Source: Parachlamydiales bacterium (GTDB lineage: Bacteria; Chlamydiota; Chlamydiia; Chlamydiales; Parachlamydiaceae). From it: a stretch of 51,390 bases of DNA. This document shows positions 9,276-18,997 of this stretch, one piece after another; position 1 is the stretch's first letter, and the number at the start of each line of letters is the position of its first letter. The translations under genes and the position numbers were made by a program. A model generated the notes under the pieces. That model had not been told where the DNA came from. It ran no database searches and was given only the letters and a program-made list of their open reading frames with translations. Location of the stretch: assembly GCA_020051075.1 (NCBI GenBank), contig JAGVJP010000019.1, positions 1 to 51,390 of the forward strand, read 5' to 3'.

Positions 9276-10211
9276 ATGCAATTATCTATTGCAAAAATTT
9301 TTAGAAGTGGTCTTAAGGCATTTTGCATAGTCATTTTCTTTCTTAATGGTGTTCTTTATACCACACATCACTCTTCAAAATCAGCACCTTATCTCGTTTT
9401 ACATGATGCGAAGTGGGGATACGGTTTTTTTATCGATTTTTTAGGAGTGGTTGGAGCTCTTCGTCTTTACGAAACAAGAAGAATTTCAGGGGTTTCTATA
9501 AATTTTGGCACTGATGGAGTTTATTATGATCCAAGTGTTGGAGAAAATTGGTGGGAGTACTATTTTGAACCAATTCATTTAGGAGAACGGGTAGATTCTC
9601 TAGTTGTCCCTTGCCATCATGCTATACAAATTGGCAGTGATGCTATTAATTTGACTTGTGTGGCAGAGTTTCAAACGTATCGAGAGGAAGCGTATCATTT
9701 AATCGAAAAATATATTCGAGTGAAGCCGTACATTGAGGGGAAGGTTCAGCAGATAGTTAACGATTCTTTTGGTTATAGTACAATCATTGGGGTTCATTAT
9801 AGAGGCACCGATAAGTGGACGGAAGCCCCTATGACTCCTTTTGAAAACGTTGCGGCGTATATTGATGATGCGATAGCTCAACTTGTTGAGATAGGTCATT
9901 TTGAGATAAAAATTTTTGTTGCAACAGATGAGCAGAATTTCTTGGATTATATGAGAGAACGATATCCATCGAGAGTGATTTGTTATGAGGAAAGTGAGCG
10001 ATCGGGAAGCGGTACTGCTGTTCACTTATCCGGAAGTGGGGGAACTCCCTATAAAAAGGGGGAAGATGCTATTATCGATTGTCTATTGTTATCTAAAACA
10101 GACATTATTCTTAAAACATCTTCTTGCCTTAGCCTTTGTTCGTCTTATTTTAATCCTTATATTCCTGTGATTCATATGACATGGCGTTCTGGCTGCCTTC
10201 CTTTGGAGTAA
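9276..10211 (+). CDS. NodZ/FUT8-like fucosyltransferase, copy 4
   Basis: Same motifs; AGGAG RBS; N-terminal hydrophobic FCIVIFFLNGVLY. Confidence 0.85.
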   Translation: MQLSIAKIFRSGLKAFCIVIFFLNGVLYTTHHSSKSAPYLVLHDAKWGYGFFIDFLGVVGALRLYETRRISGVSINFGTDGVYYDPSVGENWWEYYFEPIHLGERVDSLVVPCHHAIQIGSDAINLTCVAEFQTYREEAYHLIEKYIRVKPYIEGKVQQIVNDSFGYSTIIGVHYRGTDKWTEAPMTPFENVAAYIDDAIAQLVEIGHFEIKIFVATDEQNFLDYMRERYPSRVICYEESERSGSGTAVHLSGSGGTPYKKGEDAIIDCLLLSKTDIILKTSSCLSLCSSYFNPYIPVIHMTWRSGCLPLE

Positions 10212-10230
10212 CAAGTCATATATCATAAAC

Positions 10231-10295
10231 TATTCTGGAGGCTGTGATATCAAACATTTTATCAATCGATATCCCCCTAATAACTGAACTTCGCA
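10231..10295 (+). repeat. 65-bp direct repeat, copy 2
   Basis: Identical to 8059-8123. Confidence 0.95.
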
Positions 10296-10346
10296 ATTGA
10301 TTGCCTGTTCTTATCCAAAACCGATATTATTCTGAAGACATCCTCT
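10296..10346 (+). pseudogene. Internal NodZ-like fragment (IDCLFLSKTDIILKTSS)
   Basis: Matches motif III of the four paralogues; overlaps the 3' end of the GT92 gene on the opposite strand. Confidence 0.85.
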
Positions 10347-11193
10347 TCCTCAAGGGTTCAATGAATCGAAAAATTGATTGGTCATAGTGACCGTTATTGA
10401 TTGATCCCCATATTTGGCACTCTTCCGGAGAGGTTCCCCACCTCAATCGGCGAGGGATTTTGATGTGATGAAGATAATACTCATCTCTCGACCAGTAATG
10501 ATTAATCCGAATGTTATCAATTTCAACAAAAGGAGCACGATTCCGTTTTCCGCTTGGTTTAAAATGACTAAAACCTTTCTTATAGCGCACATAATGTGGA
10601 CTACACACAACTGAGACTCGCTCAGGGCGTACAATACTCTTGAAGTGATTGTCTCCTTCTCCATTAGAGAGAACGAGCGTTTCAATAAGGAGCCTATCCT
10701 CAGGGATTTTAGCCACATGTGATGTTCCATACATGACCCAATTGACACAAATCCCGCCGATCTCCTCGCTGGATTCAAAACGTCGGAGGAACTGTGGCAA
10801 ACTATTATCATGGACAGGGAAGAGAAATTCATCGGTGTCAAGAATGGCTAACCATTTAGTCTTTCCCTTTGATAATTTGACTGCATTTTCATAGGCAGCT
10901 ATTTGAATTTGATCCCATTCACTCAAACTTTCATAAGAAAAAGGCCAGTCAATTAATTTGACAATTCTTTTTTTGATATAAGGTTTTAAAACCTCTTTGT
11001 AATTATCTGTGCTGAGGTTGTTGTATAAATAAAAACGTTTGACACCTAATTCTCGATGAAATTCGATCCACTCTTTTAAGTAAGGCGCATCATTTTGAAA
11101 AATTGTACAAATCGATAAATCGCAATCATATCCTAATACCGGGGATGTGATCAGAAGAGAAACAACAATAAATTGAAAAAATTTTCTTAACAT
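10327..11193 (-). CDS. Glycosyltransferase family 92 / GT-A-like protein with signal peptide
   Basis: LSICTIFQNDAPYLKEWIEFH..LGV..FYLYNNLSTD, WLAILDTDEF (DxD), INHYWSR; N-terminus MLRKFFQFIVVSLLITSPVLG. Confidence 0.8.
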   Translation of the reverse strand: MLRKFFQFIVVSLLITSPVLGYDCDLSICTIFQNDAPYLKEWIEFHRELGVKRFYLYNNLSTDNYKEVLKPYIKKRIVKLIDWPFSYESLSEWDQIQIAAYENAVKLSKGKTKWLAILDTDEFLFPVHDNSLPQFLRRFESSEEIGGICVNWVMYGTSHVAKIPEDRLLIETLVLSNGEGDNHFKSIVRPERVSVVCSPHYVRYKKGFSHFKPSGKRNRAPFVEIDNIRINHYWSRDEYYLHHIKIPRRLRWGTSPEECQIWGSINNGHYDQSIFRFIEPLRKRMSSE

Positions 11194-11293
11194 TAGTCGA
11201 TTTCCCCCAACAAAGAGATATAGTTTATAGAGAAAAAGACCTTATCAAGGGTCTCCGATTTCTGTCAACGCAAGAGATATCCTGTTTCAGTTT

Positions 11294-12529
11294 TTAACTC
11301 TCGCTTTTTTGACTTGCCCAGAGTTTCATCGGTGCAAAACCCATCCACAAATACCATGTCGCTAAAAGACAGAATCCGCCTCCTGTGAGAAGAACAACTG
11401 TGGAGTTGGTTATGCTGCAGAGAACGCTTCCGATGGGAGGGGCTAAACACCCCCGGAGGCCTATGGAAACGACATTGACGCCGGTGTAGGTTGAGCTGTC
11501 TTCATGTTTTGAGAAAAGAGGCCCGGAGAGATTCCAGCTCAGTTCACTTCCTGCTTGCATAATACCGTAGATGAGGTAAGCGGCATATAAATACCCTAAA
11601 TGCCATTGTGCAGCAACTAATCCAAGTGGAAAGAGTATTGTAATCGCTGTCACTGCACCGGTAAAAGTGAAAAGGTTGATCTGATTCATTGCCCGAGACC
11701 AAAAAGGAAGAGCTAGGGTGTAGCCAACCGTTTTACAGACGATCATCGCGAAAGTCAGTTCTTTGTAGTTGAGATGCAAGACTTCGAAGAAGAACTGAGG
11801 AAGCGCTGGCTGCCAGAGCATCAATCCCCCTCCCCCTAGCATAAAACCGATTTGAAACCGTGCAAAGTCAGGACGTTGTTTCAGCAACATCCAAGCTTCC
11901 TTCCACGGCTTTTGAAATTGGTCCTTCAATGAGAAGGGAGGCTCGGACAAAAAGCGGTTGACACTATCTTCGTTAAGGGTCAGTTTCAGCTGGAAGACGA
12001 TCGCGCAGAAGGCAATCAAAACGGTCAGGGGAAAAAGAATTTGCCAAACCTTATGGTAGTCGTCAAGAAGCCATCCAATCAAGATAGCTAAAATGGCGCC
12101 TCCAGCGTGGTAGAAAGCTGCACCGTAAGCGAAGATGGTTTTTCTTGGTTCTTCGGCGATATTGAGCTTAAGAACCTCCATCCAGGCTGGGTTTACCCCC
12201 CGATAGAAAAGCATGTAGGTTGCTGAAGCAAAGATTAAATACCAAGGGTTGTCGATCCATGGGACGAATAGGAAGGGGAGATGTCCCAAAATGTTTGCCC
12301 AAATGATATTGGATTTTAAACGATCGCACCGTTGTTTGATGTGGGCGCTCCAATAGAGGGAAAAGCATGAGACGATAGGTTTGAGGCTGATGAGGCAGGC
12401 GATCTGGAAAGTGGAGGCTTGGAGATCTTTGCATAGAATGAAGGGCAAAAGGGTATAGAGCGCCCAGAAAGGGGTATTTAGAGCCTTTGTCCAGGTATAG
12501 GCTTTGCTAGTATTACTGCTATGTGTCAT
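11294..12529 (-). CDS. MFS transporter
   Basis: 411 aa with about 12 hydrophobic segments in two halves. Confidence 0.75.
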   Translation of the reverse strand: MTHSSNTSKAYTWTKALNTPFWALYTLLPFILCKDLQASTFQIACLISLKPIVSCFSLYWSAHIKQRCDRLKSNIIWANILGHLPFLFVPWIDNPWYLIFASATYMLFYRGVNPAWMEVLKLNIAEEPRKTIFAYGAAFYHAGGAILAILIGWLLDDYHKVWQILFPLTVLIAFCAIVFQLKLTLNEDSVNRFLSEPPFSLKDQFQKPWKEAWMLLKQRPDFARFQIGFMLGGGGLMLWQPALPQFFFEVLHLNYKELTFAMIVCKTVGYTLALPFWSRAMNQINLFTFTGAVTAITILFPLGLVAAQWHLGYLYAAYLIYGIMQAGSELSWNLSGPLFSKHEDSSTYTGVNVVSIGLRGCLAPPIGSVLCSITNSTVVLLTGGGFCLLATWYLWMGFAPMKLWASQKSES

Positions 12530-12631
12530 AACTGTCTACAGATCAGTATCTTGCTGAATTTTGTATAATTTATTAATAGTTCGACCTTTCGTTTTAATTC
12601 GGATTATTTATAACAGTTTTAAACTTGTTAG

Positions 12632-13537
12632 TCAAATTGATATGATTGGATAAACTGTCATTAAGAAGCGCCATCGGAACGATCCGTTTGGAGCTTCATC
12701 AAGGAAATGTCTGGTTTGTTCCAGAGTAGAGCGTGCAATCTGTTTTATTTCTTTGTCTCTAAGGCGATATAACAGATGCTTGGATTTAGCTGCAGAGCCG
12801 TAGATCTCCTCTAAGTTTCTAAGCGCTTGTTGATAAGTCCTGTGGCGTAGGTAAAGCCGTCCCAATGCAAGCAGGATTAACACAGCTGGGATTCCCTTAA
12901 GGATCCAGATGAGAGAGGCTGTCATGGGGTTTTGTCCGATGAAAAGGAGGGCGAAGTCGGCCATGACGACGAGGGAGATGAGCAAAATGAAAAACAGGGT
13001 CTCTTTGGATGATTGTACGATCGGGCCGAGCCATCTCCTCCATTTGGAATGGGACGACTGATAGGCGAAGATTTCTTCAAATTGAGGTTCGTGGTATTCC
13101 ATCCGTCCAATGTGAGACAGCTCATGAGCGATGAGTTCAGAACGGCGATAGAGTTTCCCAAGAAAAAAGGGAGATGACCGGAATTGGGAGCGGATCTGTA
13201 AAAATGCTGAGGTGGGAGAGGATTCATCGAGTTGAAAAATCCATGCGCATCCACCATGCCAGGGGGAGAGTTGGTAATTATTGCAAAAGAGAAGAACCCA
13301 TGAAGGTTCAATGTCGTAAAGTTCGTCTGTTTTAGGGAAAGCCTCTTTCAAGAGTTCAATGGTTGTCTGGTCTGTGAGATCGAAAGGGAGTTCAGCGCCA
13401 ACTTTATCAATTAAAATTTGTTTGATATTCTCGCAGTAAGCGACCCGTTTCATGTAATCAGGTTCAGATTCATCTGGACCAGGAAACAATCCTTGATGAT
13501 TCCACGTTGTCCACTCCTTTTCCAATTTCTGATTCAT
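12632..13537 (-). CDS. Membrane protein with HExxH (zincin-like) motif
   Basis: IAHELSHIGR...QFEEIFAY followed by two TM helices; GAGG RBS favours ATG 13537. Confidence 0.65.
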   Translation of the reverse strand: MNQKLEKEWTTWNHQGLFPGPDESEPDYMKRVAYCENIKQILIDKVGAELPFDLTDQTTIELLKEAFPKTDELYDIEPSWVLLFCNNYQLSPWHGGCAWIFQLDESSPTSAFLQIRSQFRSSPFFLGKLYRRSELIAHELSHIGRMEYHEPQFEEIFAYQSSHSKWRRWLGPIVQSSKETLFFILLISLVVMADFALLFIGQNPMTASLIWILKGIPAVLILLALGRLYLRHRTYQQALRNLEEIYGSAAKSKHLLYRLRDKEIKQIARSTLEQTRHFLDEAPNGSFRWRFLMTVYPIISI

Positions 13538-13630
13538 TTGCTTGCCTCGCTGACTTTTTACTTGAAAGAGGTGCACTGTTTATGGCACGCTATACCCTGT
13601 TATATTTTACAAAATCAAATATACAAGCAT

Positions 13631-13704
13631 CTTAACTCGACTTTGTACATTTGTTGGACTCATCTTCCGAGAGAGTCAAACAAATGTACAAAGTCGAGAT
13701 TAAG
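13631..13704. repeat. Long near-perfect hairpin in the divergent promoter region upstream of thyX
   Basis: CTTAA-CTCGACTTTGTACATTTGTTGGACTC / GAGTCAAACAAATGTACAAAGTCGAG-ATTAAG, stem of about 31 bp. Confidence 0.9.
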
Positions 13705-13755
13705 AATGATAAGATGATGCACTAATCAACAAAATCTGTTTTTGGACCAATTTTT

Positions 13756-15399
13756 ATGTTAACCGAAGATTACGAAGAATTCACTGAAAATCAGCAGAAA
13801 ATTTTAAAGCACTACGTCACGAATATCTCTAGCCACATCTTCGTTTTGCGAAATCTTCCCGACGTCATTAAAGGGGCTCTTTTTTCTCGCTATTCCCGCT
13901 CAAATTTAGGGTTGCGCTCTCTTTTATTAAAAGAATTTATCACCAATAATGAAGATACAGCCTTTGAATCTATTGTCCAGCAATCTTCTGCCGACGAAGA
14001 TGAGGCTCATTCTCAATCACAGGTTGATGCGATTAAAAAAGCGCAGGCTTTCTACGATAGAATCCTGGATGGCTATGGCGATGATTCGATTGGTGAATTG
14101 GGCGGCGCTCATTTAGCGATTGAAAATATCTCGATGATAGCGACTAAATTTATTGAAGATTGCCGCATTGGCGGGTCACCCCTTGAGAAATCCACCCGAT
14201 ACATCTACTTCGACCAGAAAGTTAAAGGTGAGTATCTTTTCTATCGAGAGCCTGTTCTGATGACTTCGGCTTATCGAAACCGTTATGTAGACACCTGTAA
14301 TATGCTGTTTGACACATATAGCCGATTGATTCCCCCTCTCACAGAGATCATTGAACAGCGGTTTCCAAAAGATCCTCTCGTTTCGAAAACTGCCTATACA
14401 GCAGCTTTGCGTGCAAAAGTATTAGATTGTCTTCGTGGATTGCTGCCAGCAGGGACGTTGACGAATATGGGAATCTACGGGAATGGACGTTTTTATGAGC
14501 AGCTCATTCACAAATTGCACTGCCAAAATCTGACAGAGCTTCAAGAGATTGGGAAGAGGAGTTTTGAGGAGTTGGCTAAAGTCATCCCCTCTTTCGTTAG
14601 GCGGGCTCATCCCACCCATCGCACACATGAGGCTTATGCTCAGTTCAACGACACTTTGCGCAGAGAGCTCAACCTCATTGCAGGGCAGCATCTCCCTTTT
14701 TGCGAGCGCTCTTTGAAATCAGGCATCCGTTTGGTTTCTTTTGATGCTGATGCTCCGATCAAAGTTTCAGCCGCTCTGCTCTATGCTCTAGGCGATCGCG
14801 GGCTGCCCGAACTCATCGAGTATTGCCGAGGACTGCCAGAAGAGGAAATCAGCCGCATATTGGATGTGGCGTGCAATGCCCGTGAAAACCGCCGCCATAA
14901 GTCTCCACGTGCTCTTGAGCACGCTGAATTCACGTTTGAAATTGTGAGCGATTATGGGGCGTATCGAGATTTACATCGCCATCGGATGCTGACTCAGGAA
15001 AGGCAGCTGCTCACCTGCGATTTTGGATTTTTTATCCCTCCCGAGATTCAGAATACCCCTTATGAAGAAGAGTATTGCCTTGCCCTTGCCCGAGCCAAGG
15101 AGGCCTATGATCAAATTGCTAGCGAGCTTCCTGAAGAGGCCCAATATGTTGTGCCGATGGCGTATCACATCCGTTGGTATTTCCACGTCAATTTGCGTTC
15201 TCTGCAGTGGCTTTGTGAGCTGCGCTCCTCTCCAGCGGGGCATTCGACATACCGTTACCTCGCCCAGACAATGGCAAAACAAGCGAGTGAAGCCATCCCT
15301 GCTTTTGAACGCTTCTTCAAATTTGTCGATTATGAAGGGTATGAATTAGGGAGGCTTGGCCAAGAAGTGCGTAGCCTTGAAAAACAAGGAATTTCGTAA
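13756..15399 (+). CDS. thyX: FAD-dependent thymidylate synthase, long chlamydial form
   Basis: GALFSRYSRS, GYGDDSIGELG, SPLEKSTRY, RDLHRHRMLTQ, ELRS...GH. Confidence 0.93.
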   Translation: MLTEDYEEFTENQQKILKHYVTNISSHIFVLRNLPDVIKGALFSRYSRSNLGLRSLLLKEFITNNEDTAFESIVQQSSADEDEAHSQSQVDAIKKAQAFYDRILDGYGDDSIGELGGAHLAIENISMIATKFIEDCRIGGSPLEKSTRYIYFDQKVKGEYLFYREPVLMTSAYRNRYVDTCNMLFDTYSRLIPPLTEIIEQRFPKDPLVSKTAYTAALRAKVLDCLRGLLPAGTLTNMGIYGNGRFYEQLIHKLHCQNLTELQEIGKRSFEELAKVIPSFVRRAHPTHRTHEAYAQFNDTLRRELNLIAGQHLPFCERSLKSGIRLVSFDADAPIKVSAALLYALGDRGLPELIEYCRGLPEEEISRILDVACNARENRRHKSPRALEHAEFTFEIVSDYGAYRDLHRHRMLTQERQLLTCDFGFFIPPEIQNTPYEEEYCLALARAKEAYDQIASELPEEAQYVVPMAYHIRWYFHVNLRSLQWLCELRSSPAGHSTYRYLAQTMAKQASEAIPAFERFFKFVDYEGYELGRLGQEVRSLEKQGIS

Positions 15400-15420
15400 C
15401 ACAGATAAGCAAAAGAGACA

Positions 15421-15465
15421 AAAACAGGATAAGCAGGATCGCAAGCGGCAGGATATACAGGATAG
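15421..15465. repeat. Family A repeat unit
   Basis: AAAACAGGATAAGCAGGATCGCAAGCGGCAGGATATACAGGATAG. Confidence 0.85.
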
Positions 15466-15524
15466 ATAATGAAGAGAAGGATGTCAAAAAATTAACAGAA
15501 CGAAATCAACCAGGTAGGTCGGCC

Positions 15525-16721
15525 ATCAACATAGAACCAAACTCTTTTAAGCCAGGACATTTCTTTGGAGGCATCTTGCTTGTTGCAGGCTGCTGCATTG
15601 GTGCTGGCATGCTCGGATTGCCTGTATTAAGTGCTCAAGCAGGCTTCATGCCCTCTCTTTTTACATTTGTGATTTGTTGGCTATTTATGCTTTGCACAGG
15701 GCTTCTTCTTCTTGAAGTCAACCTCTGGTACGGCGGAAACATCAGCATCATCACAATGTCAAGACGAACTCTGGGAAGGGGCGGAGAAATCATCAGCTGG
15801 TTAGTGTTTTTATTTCTTTTCTACTCTCTCATGGTTGCTTATGTCTCTGCTAGCGGATCTTTAATTTCAGATTTCATGGGAGACTTAACAGGAGCAAGTT
15901 GGCACCACAGCATTGGCGGGGCGTTGTTTACCCTTTTCTTTGGAATTCTCCTCTATTTGGGAACTGGCGCTGCCGATCAATGCAATCGCTTCCTCATGCT
16001 CGGATTAGTTATCTCCTATGTTATCATGATTGCCTTAGGAGCGTCTTATGTGAAGAGCGATTTCTTAAAACACACCGACTGGACTGCGACAGCGATGGTG
16101 ATCCCTGCTGTTATTGTCTCTTTTGGTTTTCATAACCTGATTCCTACCCTGACAACGTATTTTGGAGCTCATAAACGCTCTTTAAAGTGGGCGATTATCA
16201 TTGGGAGCAGCATCCCCCTATTCATCTACTTGGCTTGGGAATGGCTGATTTTAGGGATTGTTCCTTTGCACGATTTTCAGTCTGCAATCGATCAGGGGGA
16301 AATCGCTACCGAGGCATTGAAAGACGCTGTGGGGACTTCATGGGTCCTTGAAGTTGCACAAGCCTTTGCTTTTTTCTCGATCGTGACTTCTTTTTTAAGC
16401 GTGGCACTCAGCTTTGTCGACTTCTTGTCGGATGGACTGCAGATCAAGAAAACGCCGCAGGGAAAAGCTATCCTGGCTTTATTGGTATTAATCCCCCCAT
16501 TTCTCTGCTCTTTGCTCTACCCAACGATATTTCTTAAAGCATTGAATGCTGCTGGAGGTTATGGAGCGGTGGTTTTGTTTGGACTCTTGCCTGCATTGAT
16601 GGTGTGGAGGGGAAGATATGTGCATAAAATTGCATCCAAGCCATTGGTTCCTGGAGGAAAGCTCGTCCTCGTCTTGGTGATCGCCTTTTCTTTATGGGTG
16701 ATCTCCCTGCAAATCATATAA
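15525..16721 (+). CDS. tyrP: Aromatic amino acid (tyrosine/tryptophan) permease, HAAAP family; start uncertain
   Basis: GGILLVAGCCIGAGMLGLP, SFGFHNLIPTL, about 11 TMs; first ATG/GTG/TTG is TTG 15576, but the conserved sequence begins upstream of it. Confidence 0.8.
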   Translation: MNIEPNSFKPGHFFGGILLVAGCCIGAGMLGLPVLSAQAGFMPSLFTFVICWLFMLCTGLLLLEVNLWYGGNISIITMSRRTLGRGGEIISWLVFLFLFYSLMVAYVSASGSLISDFMGDLTGASWHHSIGGALFTLFFGILLYLGTGAADQCNRFLMLGLVISYVIMIALGASYVKSDFLKHTDWTATAMVIPAVIVSFGFHNLIPTLTTYFGAHKRSLKWAIIIGSSIPLFIYLAWEWLILGIVPLHDFQSAIDQGEIATEALKDAVGTSWVLEVAQAFAFFSIVTSFLSVALSFVDFLSDGLQIKKTPQGKAILALLVLIPPFLCSLLYPTIFLKALNAAGGYGAVVLFGLLPALMVWRGRYVHKIASKPLVPGGKLVLVLVIAFSLWVISLQII

Positions 16722-16740
16722 CCATACGAGTTAAACCCCC

Positions 16741-16805
16741 TTTTAACGCAGAGGTAACAATTCACGTCTCTCCCTCTCCGTGACCTCTGTGAACTCAGTG
16801 GTTAA
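16741..16805. repeat. Family D repeat (AACGCAGAGG...CTCCGTGACCTCTGTG..CTCAGTGGTT)
   Basis: Degenerate palindrome related to 2370 and 24731. Confidence 0.5.
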
Positions 16806-16922
16806 GTATTTGGAGTTTTGCAAATTTTCGTCTAATTTTTTGATGTAATTCGGAAAATTCGGCGAAAATTGTGGAAGCATTTGAAATATTCGCCTAATAT
16901 TGAATGATACACAATAGGAAAG

Positions 16923-18929
16923 ATGTTTAATTTACACACCGATTTTGAACCTAAAGGAGACCAGCCTCAAGCCATAGAGAAGCTGACGGCAGGTGTCTTG
17001 CGGGGACAGCATTCGCAGGTGCTGCTAGGCATTACCGGATCAGGGAAAACGTTCACAATGGCAAATGTTATTGCTCGAGTGAACCGTCCAAGTCTCATTT
17101 TAGCCCACAATAAAACCTTGGCTGCTCAGCTCTACGAAGAGTTCAAAGCTTTTTTCCCAGACAATGCCGTCGAATATTTTGTCTCATACTACGATTATTA
17201 CCAGCCGGAAGCTTATATCGCGCGTACTGACACCTACATTGAAAAGGATATGGCGATCAATGATAAAATCGACAAAATGCGCCTAAGCGCCACCCGCTCG
17301 CTCCTCGAAAGAACTGATGTCATCATTGTCGCCTCGGTATCGTGCATCTATGGCTTAGGGTCTCCAGAATACTACCGTGGAATGAACTTATCCATTTCTG
17401 TTGGACAGTCACGCCGCCGCGATGACCTCCTCCTCCACCTTGTTGAGATGCAATATAAACGCAATGACTTCGATTTCATCCGTGCAACATTCCGCGTGAG
17501 AGGGGATGTTTTGGACATCTTTCCTGCTTACGAAGAAGATCGTGCCATTAGAGTGGAGATGTTTGGCGACGACATCGAACAGATTAGCGAGATTGACCCC
17601 CTGACAGGGAAAACTCTTCGCCGCTTACCCTCTGTCACCATCTATCCCAGCTCCCACCATGTCACCCCGGAAGAGGTGCGCTTTCAGGCCATCCAGACCA
17701 TCCGAGCTGAATTAGAGGAAAGAAAGAAATTCTATGAAGATGAGAAGCAGCTCTTAGAGCTAGAGAGGATACAGCAAAGAACAAAGTATGATTTGGAGAT
17801 GATCAAAGAGGTTGGAACCTGTAAAGGAATTGAAAATTATTCTCGCCACTTCAGTATGAGGCAGCCTGGAGATCCTCCACCGACACTTCTCGACTACTTT
17901 CCTTCAGATTTTCTGATGTTCATCGACGAATCGCATCAGACATTGCCTCAGCTCCACGCCATGTGCAATGGCGATCGGGCAAGAAAACAGAGCTTGGTTG
18001 ATTTTGGATTCCGCCTCCCCTCAGCTTATGATAATCGCCCCCTTCGTTTTGAAGAGACCTTCGAACGGATCCATCAGGTCATTTTCGTTTCGGCAACACC
18101 AGGGGCATGGGAAGTGCAGCAGACGGGCGGCGAAGTTGTCGAGCAGGTGATCCGTCCAACGGGCCTTCTCGACCCGATGATCGAAGTCCGTCCTGCTTCC
18201 GGGCAGGTGGATGATTGCTTAGCAGAGATCAGAGCTCATGCTGCGAAAGGGGGGCGGGTTTTAGTCACCACTTTGACAAAGAGGCTCTCAGAAGACCTTG
18301 CCAGCTATCTCACAGAGTTGAATGTCAAGGCAAAGTATCTCCACTCCGATATCGATACAATTGAGCGGGTGCAGATTATCCGAGATCTCCGCTGCGGCGA
18401 ATTTGATGTTTTGATCGGCATCAACCTATTGAGGGAAGGATTGGACATTCCTGAAGTCTCTCTCGTTGCAATTCTTGACGCCGACAAAGAAGGTTTTCTG
18501 CGGAGCGAGACGGCATTGATTCAAACGTGCGGCCGTGCTGCCCGGAATGTCGAAGGGCGCGTGATCATGTATGCGGATAAGATCACGAAGTCGATCCAAA
18601 AAACCTTAGACATCACCAACGCGCGGAGAAAGCTTCAGCAAGCCTATAATGAAGAACATGGGATTACCCCAAAAACGACTAAGCGAGAGATCTCTTTCTT
18701 GGTGGAACCTGACGAGGATCAGGTGCCTTATAGCCATCAAATGGCAGATGATGTGTTGAAAGCCGCTGAAGAGGCTCACCACTATTTGACCATCGAAGAG
18801 GTTCGCCAAAAGTTCAAAGAGTGTGAAGTGGAAATGCGGCGGGCTGCTAAGGAGATGCGCTTTGAAGATGCTGCGGAATGGAGAGATAAAATGCGTGCGT
18901 ATCAGCAGATGGAACTGACTTTAGGCTAA
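16923..18929 (+). CDS. uvrB: Excinuclease ABC subunit B
   Basis: [35 protein letters not shown]-terminal UVR domain. Confidence 0.98.
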   Translation: MFNLHTDFEPKGDQPQAIEKLTAGVLRGQHSQVLLGITGSGKTFTMANVIARVNRPSLILAHNKTLAAQLYEEFKAFFPDNAVEYFVSYYDYYQPEAYIARTDTYIEKDMAINDKIDKMRLSATRSLLERTDVIIVASVSCIYGLGSPEYYRGMNLSISVGQSRRRDDLLLHLVEMQYKRNDFDFIRATFRVRGDVLDIFPAYEEDRAIRVEMFGDDIEQISEIDPLTGKTLRRLPSVTIYPSSHHVTPEEVRFQAIQTIRAELEERKKFYEDEKQLLELERIQQRTKYDLEMIKEVGTCKGIENYSRHFSMRQPGDPPPTLLDYFPSDFLMFIDESHQTLPQLHAMCNGDRARKQSLVDFGFRLPSAYDNRPLRFEETFERIHQVIFVSATPGAWEVQQTGGEVVEQVIRPTGLLDPMIEVRPASGQVDDCLAEIRAHAAKGGRVLVTTLTKRLSEDLASYLTELNVKAKYLHSDIDTIERVQIIRDLRCGEFDVLIGINLLREGLDIPEVSLVAILDADKEGFLRSETALIQTCGRAARNVEGRVIMYADKITKSIQKTLDITNARRKLQQAYNEEHGITPKTTKREISFLVEPDEDQVPYSHQMADDVLKAAEEAHHYLTIEEVRQKFKECEVEMRRAAKEMRFEDAAEWRDKMRAYQQMELTLG

Positions 18930-18933
18930 ATGT

Positions 18934-18975
18934 GTAACCCTTCACGGAAGTGCCTGGACCCTCGTGAATCGTTAC
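18934..18975. repeat. Family E palindrome GTAACnnTTCA...TGAAnnGTTAC
   Basis: GTAACCCTTCACG...CGTGAATCGTTAC; related half-sites at 2508-2518 and 45380-45411. Confidence 0.65.
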
Positions 18976-18997
18976 CTATAAGAGGCATAACAATAAA

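Noticed and set aside
2562..10346. Diversity-generating retroelement explanation for the orphan 3' fragments
   Set aside because: No reverse transcriptase in the window, and differences between fragments and genes are not adenine-specific
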